The notes under the pieces: generated by a model
Databases searched by the model: none
What the model saw: only the letters and a program-made list of their open reading frames with translations
Told to the model about the DNA's origin: nothing
Shown here: one piece after another, positions 12,660 through 26,240 of the stretch
Position numbering within the stretch: the stretch's first letter is position 1
Layout of the letters: each line of letters begins with the position of its first letter
Assembly (NCBI RefSeq): GCF_009834535.1
Contig: NC_045696.1
Span: 98,892,001 to 98,956,000, forward strand
Direction of reading: 5' to 3'
Length of the DNA stretch: 64,000 bases
Source: Camelus ferus
Taxonomy: Eukaryota
Position numbers and translations under genes: made by a program

Positions 12660-13600
12660 TGACATATACATCTTTTTAAAAATAAGATGCTTTAAGCATT
12701 CCAATGCTAATTCAGGACTAGACAGCGTTTACCTCATTCAGTCTATATAACAGCAGTATCTCTTGTCTTCCACACCAGAAATTCTGGTTCACAAAGACAC
12801 TAGATAAAACAGAGTTAGAATATTCAATATCCATTTGCTTTATACTATCTTATATCACTTTATAATATGGATCCATAACAACAAAATGTGATTACTGAAC
12901 AGCTAAAACAAATTTTGTACGTGCTTTTCCCATTCTACCACCATTTTTTAGGTTTGTAATGTAACTCCATTGTCAGATCATGTTGACATTGCATATCACA
13001 ACCTCTTTCTTTTAATCCTTCTATAATTCTAGTTCTATAAGAAACTGTATATTTAATGCCAGTTCTTATGTAGCTGTCTCCCTAGTAATTTTGATTTCCT
13101 ACAGTTGATCCTTTAGGAATGATCATGCTAACAATATCCCTGAGGTCTGACATTTTGATAATTGTTTGCTTTTACCCTCTATAACTTAAAGATACTTTTG
13201 TTACATTAAAAAAGTCTTTGGTTTACATTTTGTTTCCCTGAGTATCTTAAATATATGACTCCATTTCGTTGGGGGTTAAGGAATTGCTGTCAAAAGTTCT
13301 GAGAATCTAATTTTACTTATTTCACCTGCAAGTCACAGAATCATTTTCCTTAAATACCTAAAGGACTCTTTTCTTTGAAGTCCAGAAATTTTATAATTTG
13401 TTTTGATGTTGGCCTTTCTGGATTGATATTCTAGGTACAAAGGGCATTCTTTCAATATGTAGTTTCAAATCTGTGTATTTGTTTCTAGAAAAATGTACCG
13501 AGTTATAGTTCTTAATATTACTTCTGTTCTCTCGCTGTGGTTTGTTCTTCAGGGACTCCAATATTCACAGGTTAGGTCTAGTTTGTCTACCTTCATGACT
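12660..13600 (-). mobile_element. Ancient HAL1/L1M ORF1-type fragment
   Basis: Antisense T-rich motifs such as TTTTCTTTGAAGTCCAG, TTTCAATATGTAGTTTCAAATC, TCTTCAGGGACTCCAAT. Confidence 0.6.
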
Positions 13601-13639
13601 TGGCAATGAGAGGAATGAGATTGGTGCAGAGAGCTTGGT

Positions 13640-14950
13640 AACTTCAGAGTGTTTTCCACTAATGTAAATTAAAATGCATGGACATAAATAGAAATATTTA
13701 AAAGAAAACATATAAACAAAGCAGTATGTATTAAATACAGGAGGGTGGTTCCTATGGAAGGAAGGAGAATAGAAGCAGGGATGGAAATAAGGAGAATAAG
13801 CACATAAATAAAACAAGAACAAGGCTTGTGTGGACCAAAGATGATAATACTTCATGAATTGAAGAATATCATTATCTTCATCTTCTGCATCTGAGGTCCT
13901 CTCCATGACAGAGAATTTATATGGAAAGAAAGTTTGTGCATTGTATAAAAATGGAAAATATTTAAAAAGGCAAGAAAATTTAAATCATCTGTAAGTCTAC
14001 CATTTAGGGAGAACCACTGGAAATATTTTGAAATCTTTAAACAATATTTTGTCCTCTGTGTGTGTGTGTGTTCTGCAGTATTCATAGTTTGGGCTCTGTA
14101 ATCACATGAAAATCCACAATTCAAATCACGCTCTATAACTCATGCATTCTCACTTGATATTTATTTCTGAGTTTTCTAATTCATGTTTATGCTGTTCTTC
14201 TGTGCCCTGAATAATTTTCTTAATGACTTTTAATTTACTTTGAAGTAATATGGATAGTTCTGACCACAACTGTGATGATAGTGGCTTTCGTTGTCTTTTG
14301 GAATATTACACTACTCCTTTTCACTTTGCTTGCTTTAACTTTTTACGGTTATTTTACCTTGATACATTTCTGTTGCTTATTTTTATGAGAATTTATCTGT
14401 GTTTTTAGAACGTGGCTTGGTGCACATATCTTGCTAACTTCAAAGAACTCTCCATTGATATGAACTAAAAATGCCTTTTGAAGTATGCCTTCAAAACCAT
14501 GATTAATATTAACTATATAGATACTTATTGTATGTTGGTATAATAATTTATTTAACATTCGTTATTTAAAATTTATATCATGAACATTCATGATTGACTC
14601 CAATTTTTACTGTTATATATAAGGCTGTGATTGGCATTTCTGTACACAGATAATGGTCCAAATAATGAATTAGTGTTTCAGGATACATTCCTAGAAATTG
14701 AACTACAGGTTATAGTTTATATATTTCAATATTGCTTATCAGAAGGTTAAAAGTTTATAAAAAACTTTAGAAGGGTATGAAAGTGTTCATTTCAATACCG
14801 TCACCAATAAATTGCTGATTTGATAGGCTAGAATTGTATCTTTACTTTAATATGGATTTCTCTGCTAAAGGGTGAAATTGAATTTAATAATATTTTACTG
14901 GTGTTTTGAATTTCTTCTATTATGAATTTTCTTTTTTGTAATTTATTTGG
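13640..14950. mobile_element. Decayed L1ME/HAL1 3' fragments in mixed orientation
   Basis: e.g. GGATACATTCCTAGAAATTGAACT and AAGTGTTCATTTC (antisense L1ME ORF2 end). Confidence 0.5.
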
Positions 14951-15379
14951 TAAATTATTTTCCACCCCTGCAACACCCAAAATCTTCCACCCCTGCAACA
15001 CCCTAAATCTTCTGTCTTCTTATCCTACTATATGGCACTTCCACCCTCAAGCCCTATGCCATGAACCCAGGACTCTTCTTGCTTCTCATGGTCCATTGTC
15101 ATTTACATTCAATTCTGTCCCAAGTTCTCTAGAGTATATCTCAAAAAACAAAACAAAACAAAGCAAAACCAAACCAAAAAAAAAAAAAACCACCCTGAAC
15201 TAAAATCTTCCCACTTTCTCAGTTTCTACTGCTCAGAATACCATTCGAACCTAAGCTACCTGGTCTCTGGACTTCCATGTCCACTCTCTCCATCCTCCGC
15301 ACTGTACCCACCATGATATTCAAGTACTGTTCTCTCTAGTTCTCTGTGCATAGAACGGCTCTCCCAAACACATGCTATT

Positions 15380-18300
15380 CTGCTAGCTTTTTTATGACAT
15401 TCTCATTGGATTCTAATTCATTATGTTTTCATCATTATTCTTTCCTACAGAATACAGAAATTTTGGTTTGTATTTTTCCTTTAACATAAGAATTAACTTC
15501 TTTTCAGTTTCCTGGTGAAAGGGCCTTTTTGTCATCACTGTAATTACTTGAGAATTTATTGCATTGCAGTCTGATAAAGTTTGTGTTTCTGTTTTTTTTT
15601 AATTATTTGTAATCTAATATATAGCTAATTTTAATAGATGTTTGTGTATCTTTGAAAAAGGCATATTTGTGCTATCAGGATCAAGTATTTGTTATATATC
15701 TGCAGATTTTATCTTACGGTTTTTTTTCAGGTCTTCTATGTCCTCACTAACATTTTGTCCCTTGCTCTGTCTAGATCTGAGGAAGGTGTGCTAAAGTTTC
15801 CTATTTTTAATATGTGTCTGCTCCTCCTTTCATCTCATTTCTGCTCTATGAAAGCTGTGCTGGTATTTGGTGAATAGATATTAATATCTTCATTGTGAAT
15901 GGCAGCCTTTAGCATTACAGAGTGTCCTACTTTGTATTGCTGAATTCTTCTTGGCCTGAATTCTACCTTGTTTTAGATCAAGATCATGGCCCCTACTTTC
16001 TTCTTACTTGCCTTTACTTGATATATTTTTGCTCATGCTTTTATCTTTAGTCCATTCAATTCACTTTTATTTTAAGTATGTCTTTTGCATACGGCGGAAA
16101 GTTGAATTTTACTTCTTTAGCCAATCTGAAAATCCTTTTCTTATATTATGTAAGTTAAGCCCAGTAACATGTATTGATACAACTAATATGGTTGGTCTCA
16201 GTTCTGTGATAGAGTATTATTTTTCTAAGTGCGCATGTATGTTTACATTCCATTATATTAGCAGTTTGATTTGCTGTCTTTTTCTTTGTTATTTCTGTTG
16301 CTATTTGTGAAGGCTTGGACTCTTTTTCTAATGGTTTGTTTTACAGAAATACATTTGTAGAATACTTTAAACCACAACTTTGTTCTGAAACTATTAGTTT
16401 CTTTCTGTTATCACTGTTAATGTCAGGAGTTACCTGCTTCTTTTCCTCTCTTCCCCTTTAGTATAAATCTAGTGCTGATGCCTGTTGAGCAAAATATACT
16501 CAAGTTGCTAGTTCTTTATTTATCAGTCTTAAGTAGTTTTTTCACTCCTAATACCAGTGGGTCAGTCAGCACGTTTGTTCTAGTCTCCATTTACTCTACC
16601 TTTTCTTTCATTTTTTTAATTAGCTGCATTTTTCTCCAACATCAGAGCCTGTAATATGCACACAGTATTTTGACATTCTTATCTTCATCTTCTAGGTCTT
16701 AAATAATTACTGCCACACCTCCAGACTTTATGAAAAATCTTCTCCAGATAACATGTTTTTCTGAAACTCTTTCTGTGGAGGATTCCTCATAAAAGGTTTA
16801 TCAGAATAAATTCTTTCATGTATTGCATGTTTATAACTTTTTGTAGCCTCTGAACTAAAAGGACATTTAGCTGGGTATAAAAACCTTGGGTCATATTTCC
16901 TTTTTTTTTTTTTTTTTGAGTACTTTAATTATGTTATGTCATTGTTTTGTAGCTTAAAATGTTGCTGCTGAGAAATTTGATGCTATTTTCATTTTCTTTC
17001 CCTTATTTGTTACTTGATTTCTACATGTGTCCTGGGGTAGGTGTAGGGATGGAGGTGGGAGTGTGTCTGGATTTCCAAAGGTAATTTTTTTCTTATCTTT
17101 AAAGTCTAATAGTTTTGCTATGCTGTGTCTTGGTATTGATTGCACTAGTTCCATGAACACAGATAATAGAAAATTTTAGTGGAATGAATTCTTATTTTTT
17201 CAGAAAAGTTTTGTTGAATTGTGGTTTTAAATAATTATTTTCTGTTCCATTGCTTTAGCGTCCATCTTTAAGAACAATGATTAAACGCATATTTGATCAA
17301 CTCTGCAGGTTTTCTACAACAGCTTTTCAAATCTTTTTAATATCTTTACATTTTTGGTTTTATTTCATTTTTTAAATTTATTAGCTATGTATCTTCTATT
17401 ACAGTGCCTTTTCTGGTTTCTATTCATTTTTATGTTCCACTTATTCTAGTTCTATTTTTAAATGTTTTATTTTCCTTCTCCAATTCATTTTTGGTATTTG
17501 TCTCTTTTCATATATTTCTGTCATCCAGCTGCATAATTTCTGAGATTTTGAATTTCTTACTTGTGCTATTCTTCCAAAACTTCTAGTATTTTCTTTATCT
17601 TACTTTGAAATATTGTGTTAGAGTTCCCATCAGTTTTGAGACCACATTTTTCTTTCTCATGTGCCCTCAATTTCTGTTGGAGTACGTCACTTTATTGGCA
17701 ATAGCTTTTATTAGGGTTAAATTGTATTTTTCTTCACATTTTTAAAGGAAATGGATTTTCCTAGGCTGTTGGAAAGAGACTTCTTAGGAAGGAAATGGAG
17801 AATAGAGTAGCTTTCCCAATATTATGGTGCTATGATCTAAATATTTGTGTCCCCCCAAATTCATATGCTGAAATCCCAACCCTCAAAAATTATGGTACTG
17901 GGAGGTGAGGCCTCTGGAATGTGCTTAAGTCATGAATGTGTAGTCTTCATGAATGGGACTGCTGCCTTACAAAAGAGTCTTGAGAGAGAACCCTAGCTCT
18001 TCTTGCCATGTGAGTACACAACTTTAAGGTCCTGACCAGAACCAGGGAGACAGCCCTCACGTGACCATGTCAGCAACCTGATTGTGGATTTCCAGCCTCT
18101 AGAACTGTGAGAAATAAATTTGTCTTATTTATAAGTTACATAGTCTATAGGATCTCAGCCTGAATGGACTGTGGCATATGGGGACGGAAGGGTTTCCTCT
18201 TCCGTTGCTACCAAAAGGGCTCAAAATGCAGTCTATCTGTAAGATCTAAGTCCACTCAGGGAGGTTTTTGGCCCCTAGCCCTATACAAAGCCCTAAGCTC

Positions 18301-18500
18301 ACAGGCCTTGCTTCCCTGAATGAGCTCCATGACGACGTTATATTTTGCTGCTAAAGTAACCTTTGAAAACTACTTCCTCCTTTCGACTCCCTCCTGCTGT
18401 CCGATGCTTTGACCTCTGTTTCTCCCAGTCACGTCTGTCCTGCTCAAGGCCGCTTCAGTCATCAGACGTGTTTGTTTTTCCCAGTTATTAAACTCCAGAG
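15380..18500 (-). mobile_element. Ancient L1M: 5' region, ORF1 and ORF2 endonuclease region, decayed and interrupted by MLT1A0
   Basis: ORF 16954..17160 gives PRHSIAKLLDFKDKKKI..QVTNKGKKMKIASNFSAATF (L1 ORF1p); near 15770-15800 antisense GNFSTPSSDLDR (endonuclease GDFNTPLS-like motif). Confidence 0.8.
17828..18176 (+). mobile_element. MLT1A0-like MaLR solo LTR
   Basis: TG...CA termini, TGCTATGATCTAAATATTTGTGTCCCCCCAAATTCATATG start, 5-bp TSD TATGG at 17823-17827 and 18177-18181. Confidence 0.92.
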
Positions 18501-19218
18501 CCTGTATATTTTCTCAGGTATACAGTTCTTCATGCTGAAGCCTACCTTGATGACCTCACCTAGATGAAGAGTGGGTTTATCAGCAAAAGGGAGGCAGGTA
18601 AAAATTAGACAGGATAACAATAAGTATATAAGAGGTGTTAATGACCACTAACTAAATGAAGAGACTTTGTTAATATGTCACTGCACACCACTGCCCCCCT
18701 AAACTTAGTAAATTTCCTATATGTGATGACACTATTGTATTTTGTCATAATAATGTCATTAATGCCACTGAACAGTTTCTGAGCAAGACTTCCCAGCTAG
18801 CTAACAAAAAGGTATACATTTTCATTTCCAGTTAGTTTTTGTAGTCCTAATTCCAATATTATCTTATGATAATTATTTAAATGCTTTAAGCCATGGTCTA
18901 GAATACAGATAAGTAAACATTAGAGCCCCGAATAATTTATACTATTTAAAAGATCTAAATACATTGTTATTTCACTTGATTATGTAAAGTTTTACAATCC
19001 AGTTAAGGTGCTTGAATCTGCCTTTTCATGCTGAGTACAATGAATTTTATGAATTCAGCCGGAAATATTTCTAGATTTTAAAAAGTAACAGGAATGTTTA
19101 AAACAGGCAGCGGAGACGGCATGCTTTTCTCTCTCCTCTCTCAAAAAACATACCAAAATGAATAAAAAGAACTAAAAATAGAGTATATTCCTTCCTTAAA
19201 GGGGAAAATGACAGTAAT

Positions 19219-19220
<2 letters not shown>

Positions 19221-19260
<40 letters not shown>
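19221..19260 (+). repeat. (CA)20 microsatellite
   Basis: Direct reading. Confidence 0.98.
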
Positions 19261-19266
<6 letters not shown>

Positions 19267-19597
19267 CACAGCCTCTGAAAATATGCGCCCAATAGAACAA
19301 ACTTTGAAGCTAATCAAAAGAGGTCATAGAGTTTCAATATGTAATCTTTTTATTTTTACTCTCTAGAGGATGATAAGTGAGACAATTCTGAATGGTGCTA
19401 TGACAAACTCAGGTTAAAGAGACAAGGACTGGAGCAGGGACAGAAGTGAGCCCTGAGAAAAATCAAAAGACCGTGGGGCCTTAGCCCCAGTACTGCCCTT
19501 CAGTACTGAGCAGTTGGACTCGGAACGAGGAATTCCTGCCCTGGGCTCACACTTTAGATAGTCTCTTACAGCTTGTCTATCAGAAACACACCAAAGT

Positions 19598-20035
19598 TAA
19601 ATTTGTTTGTGTCTTTTTTTTCCTTTTATTTTTTTTAGATTCCACATACAAGTGAAATCGTATGGTATTTTTCTTTCTCTTTCTTCACTTAGGACGACAA
19701 TTTCCAAGTCCATCCTTGTTGCCGCAAATGGCATTATTTTATTCTTTTAGATGCACAAACACAGAAAACAAACTCATGGTTACCAGAGGGGAAAGAGGGT
19801 GGGAAGGACTAAATTGGGAGTTCAAGATTTGCAGATATGAACTGCTATATATACAATAAATAAACAAGTTTCTACTGTATAGCACAGGGAACTATAATCA
19901 ATATCTTGTAGTAACCCACAATGAAAAAAGAATATGAAAAGGAATATATATGTGCATATGTATGACTGAAATACTATGCTGTCCACCAGAAATTGACACA
20001 ACATGATAAACTGACTATACTTCAATTAAAAAAAA
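19598..20035 (+). mobile_element. 5'-inverted (twin-primed) L1 3' end
   Basis: 19598-19748 antisense ORF2 end/early 3' UTR; 19749-20035 sense 3' UTR ending CTGACTATACTTCAATTAAAAAAAA. Confidence 0.9.
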
Positions 20036-20900
20036 TGTAAACTCATTAACACACAAAGGGCACTCTGACACAAGGCACTCAGTGCTCAGCCCTGACACCA
20101 CACAACTACGCAGCAGCTCTCAGGACTAACGCTATTCCATGCAGGGAGAAACTCTTGTCCCCAGCACTTGCTGAATGCACCTCCACACTTTGAGGGACTG
20201 CAAGTTCTGCCTTAAAAGATGGGGCTGTTTCACAGTTCAGGGGGGATATTTGTGGCTGAAGAACCTAGGGGAGCAAAATAGATTAATTAACTTGTAAAAT
20301 CTTCCATCTCAGAAACAGTGAATGTAATATTTCCTGCATGATGAAAATTTGTTCCCCAACAGTGCCAACTACCCATTTTCTTGCTTTTCTTCATGTTCTA
20401 ATTCTTGGTTCCAGAAGTCCTCACACACTAGTTGCAATATTTATAATAATTGCACACGGAGGCCAAGGAATGTTTTTCAACAGTAAACAATTTGCATTCT
20501 TCTTAAATTTGTATAAATGTGGGTCTGGATGCTTGAAGTTAAATACAGATCCCTGGCATTGGCTGCTACATGGAAATTGAACACTAGAATTGTGAGTAGC
20601 TTTATTTTAATTAAATATTTACTAAGATTTAATTGCTGTGGAGAGTGGTTGTGGCCATACTAGCTCAAGGTTTCATCTCACTTAAAAAGCACTTGGAAAG
20701 AACTGAGCAACATACTGCTATTTTCAATCTTCTTTAAAATATTCCATCATTGAAGAAGTATTTGAAAGAACTGTATAATTTTAGATTTTAAGGGATGGTG
20801 AAAGCATGATGTAAGAAGAGCAATTTGGAGAAAACATAAAATATTTTAACTTTATCAATAAAATGATTTCTTTGTCAGCCCATTCCAAGCTCAAACATGG

Positions 20901-21365
20901 CGTATTAGTGTGCTGGGGCTGCCATAACCAAGTACTACACACTGGGTGGCTTAACCAACAGAAACGTATTGCCTTGCAGTTCTGGAGTCTGGAAGTTGGA
21001 GATCAAGGTGTTGGTTGATTGGTTGGTTGGTTCCTTCTGAGGGCTGTAAGAGGGAATGTATTCCATGCCCCTTTCCTAGCTTCTGGTGGTTTGCTGGCCA
21101 TCTTTGTCCTTCCTTGGCTTGTAGATGCATCACCCTGACTTCTGCCTTCATCTTCACATGGTGTCCTCTCTGCCTGTGTGTCTGTGTCCAAGTTTCCTCC
21201 GTTTTACAAGGACACCAGTCATACTGAATTAAGGACTCACCCTAATGTGGTGTGACCACATCTTAGCAAATTACACTGGCAACAACCCTATTTCCAAACA
21301 AGGTCACATTATTAAGTACCGGGGTTAGGACTTGAACAAATAAATTTTGGAAGGACATGATTCAA
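20901..21365 (-). mobile_element. MLT1C-like MaLR solo LTR
   Basis: GTATTAGT..GGGCTGCCATAAC..CTGGGTGGCTTAA..CAGTTCTGGAG..AAGGACACCAGTCATA..CCCTATTTCCAAACAAGGTCACATT. Confidence 0.92.
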
Positions 21366-21689
21366 GTAAAATTTAGCAGAGTGAATTTTCAAAATGAAAG
21401 TAATGAAAATTAGAGACCACAATGCCTAAAGAAAAGTTGTCTAGTGTAACATTACATGTCTAACATAAGTTATGTGAAACATCTCAACTGTAACATGTTA
21501 TTGATTTTGCTAAAATGGAGACAATACAAATAAATTTCATGAAAAAAATAAGAATTTATTAACTATGCAGGGCTTTATTTTATTGCTCATCTATACATTG
21601 CTGACTCATCACCAGAACACCCAGTTATGCGTAATAAATCCAGCTAGTCTTTGGAATTTTGATGACTTTCCAGTTACATGAAAACAACT

Positions 21690-22010
21690 TATAGCCAAAA
21701 AACAGGGTTGGAGTGAGGCAATGGAAGGATAATTGCTGAGGGGAACATCAAGCATAAAGGGAGGTCTGGCTGACGTGACCTACAGGATTCTCACTGAAGA
21801 CAGGCCACAGTGATCAGACATCACGTGGGGGATGGGGAGGATGAAGCCCTCATCAGATATTGTGGATGACCAGATGTCAAGGGTGGGGGTTCTGGGTAAA
21901 CTGACTTGGCATGTTTTATGCTAAAAATAAGTTTTACATAGGAGTGCACAGCTGGGCCTAGAAGTTTGAGGAACCTTATTAAAATTTGGTCAGGCAGAGA
22001 ATTTTTGTCA
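21690..22010 (-). mobile_element. ERV1-class LTR fragment (MER31/MER67-like)
   Basis: Reverse complement begins TGACAAAAATTCTCTGCCTGACCAAATTTTAATAAGGTTCC, like the recalled MER31/MER67 5' end. Confidence 0.65.
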
Positions 22011-23789
22011 ATATATTTGTCAATGTAAGATGATAAGAATCTGTTTAATCGTCAGACTGTTTTACAATTTTAAATAATCACTGTAGATGGCTGTGGGCCT
22101 CCCTCCATTCATTCTCTTCCTCTGAGCTAGCCCCACAAACATCAGAAGCAGGCCTGTGCCTCTGTTTTGAGAAGACAAAGCAGAATCTTCAGAAAAGACT
22201 TCAGCAAAGCCATTTTATTTTCCTACCCAAATTCAGAATGAAGACATTCTTGAAGCAATTTTTCATCACTGACCAAAATTAACTGAGAATATTATGTAGT
22301 TCCAAATATATGGTAACTCTCATATAAGGTAACTTCAACTAGAAGGTCCAAAAATGTCTGGCCAACTTGATTTCAAATACTTTTATAGATATGGATAAAA
22401 GAGTCAAATATCTACTTTAAAATTAATTCCCTAGTATAGTTAGTTACATGAATACATTTAGAAATTATGAATGGATGTTCACTTAAAAAAATTTTAAAAA
22501 TCCCAACTTGTGAAATAAAGATTTTCAAGCCTTTCACATCATTATATCCTTATCACAAAGCTACTTTTGAATCATCCATTTTTTAGAGCATATCGTCTTT
22601 ACTTCCATTAAAGTTTTTTTTTTCAGATACAAATATTTTAAATTCATCTAAGATACTACCAGTGGAAAATCTGTCCTACACACAAGAACCCGCTCATGTA
22701 CCATATTTATTATTTTCTTATTCTTTTTATGTATAGGTTTTATACTTATAATTTCCCAAAGTAACTACCCTATTGTTTTCTTCCCTCTTTCTGTATTGCT
22801 TTTTTAAGATTTACTTACAAGTGTGAAAAGATTTGTCTACAGTGACCACCCACATTTCTTGCACGACCAGGAAATAATCGCCAAAAGCTGTGTGCGAGAT
22901 CGTTTAGCATTGACAACGGTTGTTTCTCTGTAAGATCTTTCCTCAAAACAATTTTTAGGGCTAAAAGTTAAACAATTGAAATATATGCCACTAAACAGGA
23001 ATGTTCATGAGAACTCATATATAAGGCAATTTCTGCATTCCTGAAGGATATTTTTGGGGAAGACAAAAATCACATTTATATGCAGGTAGATTAAGCTACA
23101 AACTTTAAAAGAGTTTGAGCCACAAGTCTTTCACTCACCACTTCTAGTCAGACTGAGATGTTCTTCGGAGTGTGAAACTGCTAAGATCAGGAAGACTCCT
23201 ACCGCAGAATGGAATGGATATTAACCATGGCCAAGGGCAGAGGGAGAGTGCTGGGAACACAGACGTTCCTGCTGCTCTTTGACTCCAGCTGTCCCGCCTC
23301 AATTTCCTTCAGTGCATGTGATGGGCAAACAACTGAACACAAATAACACACTGTATCCAGTCTGCCAGGTAAAGGTCTACTGGTTAACTGGGCTAACTGG
23401 GAGAGAGTTCAAGGGGGGTCCACCCACAGGAATCCTGGCCCAATACGGAAGCTCCACCACAGCAGCCATGACAAGCCAGAAATAAAACACCCACGGAGCC
23501 ACTGGAAAATGTCCCCAAGGGGAGAAAAGCAATGCAACACGTGAAAGAGAAGTGAAGGAGACATTCTGGAACATTTACCCAAAAAGTAAAAGGCACATTT
23601 AGAAAAAGGGCCTCTGGACCTTATGGAGATTTGGGAAGATGGACTCCATGAATCATAAAATCTGTAAATAATAATAGTTGTGCCTTGTCCCTTCCAGGTT
23701 CTATTACTGAATTACTCTTCTGAAACAATATTTTAAATAGCATTGATAGTTTAGAAATTCATATTGGGATTATCTTTATTGTTTTTCTG

Positions 23790-26240
23790 TTAAGCATAAT
23801 GCAAAGCATAAATAAAACTACCTCAAAAATGGATAAGTAAAAACACAACAGAAAAATATGAAAAATAAAAGCAATGTGTGCAGTGTTAATACCAGAAAGA
23901 ATTCAATGTTAAAATACTGGATTGGAAAATGAGGCATTTTTATTAATATAGGCCATAAGAAATTTAATTTTATTAACAGATGTTCACATACCAAATATCA
24001 TGTCATCCACGCAATCGATATTATTGAAAGAACAAAATTGTAGCTGTAAAATTCAATTATAGTTTGAGAGAATTCACCTCAGAAAGTAGCGTTTTTTCAT
24101 AAAGGAAGATAGTTTCTCCTTTGTTCAGGAAAACAGTGAAATTCCAGGGTCTCATTGCTTTTCCAGTAGGCCACTGGAGGATCAAATTTTAAGTGTGTAT
24201 CACCAATATGTGTTTATTTATTTAAAAAGTGTATAGACATGATGTGCTTTTAACATACAATGCAATCATTTTTAAAAGGCATATATTATTGAAATAGAAG
24301 TGTTTTCCTCTCAGTTAACTGAATGTACCATCCCTATTTGGAGCCCAGTGGGTTAGACAAAAATAATTTAAATTGTTCTCAGAATGAACAGAAATTTCAT
24401 AATTATCTGTTTGTGCCATATGAATAGGATATGATGTTCACCAAATTAATGGTTCAGAAAAAGAAAAAAATTATGTGATCCTCTCAACTGATGACAAAAA
24501 AGACGTTTATTAAAATCCCTCTGTGCACGTGTGCGTGTGTGTATACCCGTAGCAAGTTTTACGTCTAATAGCAGAGTGCAACAGATAATCCCGTTTAGTC
24601 AAAGACCAGGTGGGTTTGTATCCACTCACTATTATTTTTAACATTACTTCAAAAGAGCTATTGCATAATAGAACTTACAAAGATGAAAAGGATAGGGTAA
24701 AAGAAGTATAATTTGTTAAGTTACACAATACAAGGAAAATCCAGGAGAATTAAAGGAAAATTAAGAATTCAGTAAGAGAGTAAATTCCAAAATAAATATT
24801 TGAAATTACTATGTAAAGATCCATTCAAAATAGCAATAACAACAGTAAAAACAGGAGGGTAGGGCAATAGGTCAGTGGTAGAGCACATGCTTAGCATGCA
24901 TGGGGTCCTGGGATCAATCCCCAGTGCCTCTATTTTAAAAAATTTAAAAAAAACAATAAAAACAAACAAAAATGACACAAAACACTTAGGAATAAATCTA
25001 ACAGGAATTAGGCAGTAATTATGTAAAGAAAAATTTAAAACTTGACTAAAGAGTTAAAAACAACCTTAAAGTACAGAGTCACATGCAATGTTCTTGTGTA
25101 ACACTGCACTGAGTGGATAAACTTTCTAAAAATTAATCTGTAAATATAACAAATATTACTACTCCAACTGAACTTAAGAAAAAAAAATTATATTAAAGTT
25201 AATCACAATAATGAATGTGTGAGTATTACCAGACAACTTAAAAACAAAAATTAGAAAGATTTCCTCTACCAGATATTAGAAATTTATACAAATATAATCA
25301 ATTAAACTGTTACTGAGAAAAGAATGGGAAAAAAGTCAATGGAATGCACTAATGAGTTCAGAAACAGACTTAAATATATATGAGGATTTACTATGTAGTA
25401 AAACCAGCATTTTTCTATCAGTGGGGGAAAAGGATGGATTAAAGAATAAATGACATTGAAACAATTTGATTTTGATTTAAAAATATTATATTCTTTCCTC
25501 ATACCAAAAATCTCAAATGAATTAATGATTCAAATGGAAGAAAATTATAATAAAATATAAAGACTATTTAGGAAGTTGTTTTTATAATTTTAAGGTTGGG
25601 AACAACTTTCCAAGGAAAAGTGTGACAGATTGAATTATATAAAAATTATAATAAACAATAAAACAGCAGAAAATGTAGTCATGAGCAGGATCATGTACAA
25701 AAGAAAACATAAATATTCAAAAAACATGTTAAAATTATTTAGGGAGATATTTTAGCTATAAAATTTGTTAAGACTTAAAAACAATAAAATTTTCAACAAC
25801 AATACAAGAGTAAATATTACCCTTATACCTTTTTAAATGACAATTTGGTTATATGATTTGAGGTCACTAACTTAGATGGTTATCCTAAGAAAGTAATTAG
25901 GTGAGTGTGTGGAGGTACATGTACAAAGGTGCTTACTATGCTTTTGTTTACATGTTTTAAAATACTAAGAACTCAATGCCCATTAGTAGGGGGTTTACAA
26001 CCATTTTAAACAGCTGACATTAAAAAGTGTGCACACCACATTGCTAAGAGAAAGAGCAGGTTGTGCAAATAGCTTAAGGCAGATAATCTCCAAGGCTACT
26101 TTTTACAAAAGCAGAACCAAAATATCAGTAATAATTATCTCTGGGTAGAGAAAAAAATGGGTATTTATTTTCTTCATAATTTTCTGAAAAAGGTTGCAGT
26201 GAGTATGACTTTTTCTTAGAAAAGATGACATGGCTATTTT
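23790..26240 (+). mobile_element. Decayed L1M/L1ME ORF2 and 3' fragments
   Basis: A-rich sense motifs AAAACACTTAGGAATAAATCTAACA, TCAGTGGGGAAAAGGATGGATT, ATGCCCATTAGTAGGGG, TTATCTCTGGGT. Confidence 0.7.
24854..24951 (+). mobile_element. Camelid tRNA-derived SINE (vic-1-like), short form
   Basis: TAGGTCAGTGGTAGAGCACATGCTTAGCATGCA..GGTCCTGGGATCAATCCCCAG; TSD AACAGTAAAAACA / AACAATAAAAACA. Confidence 0.9.
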
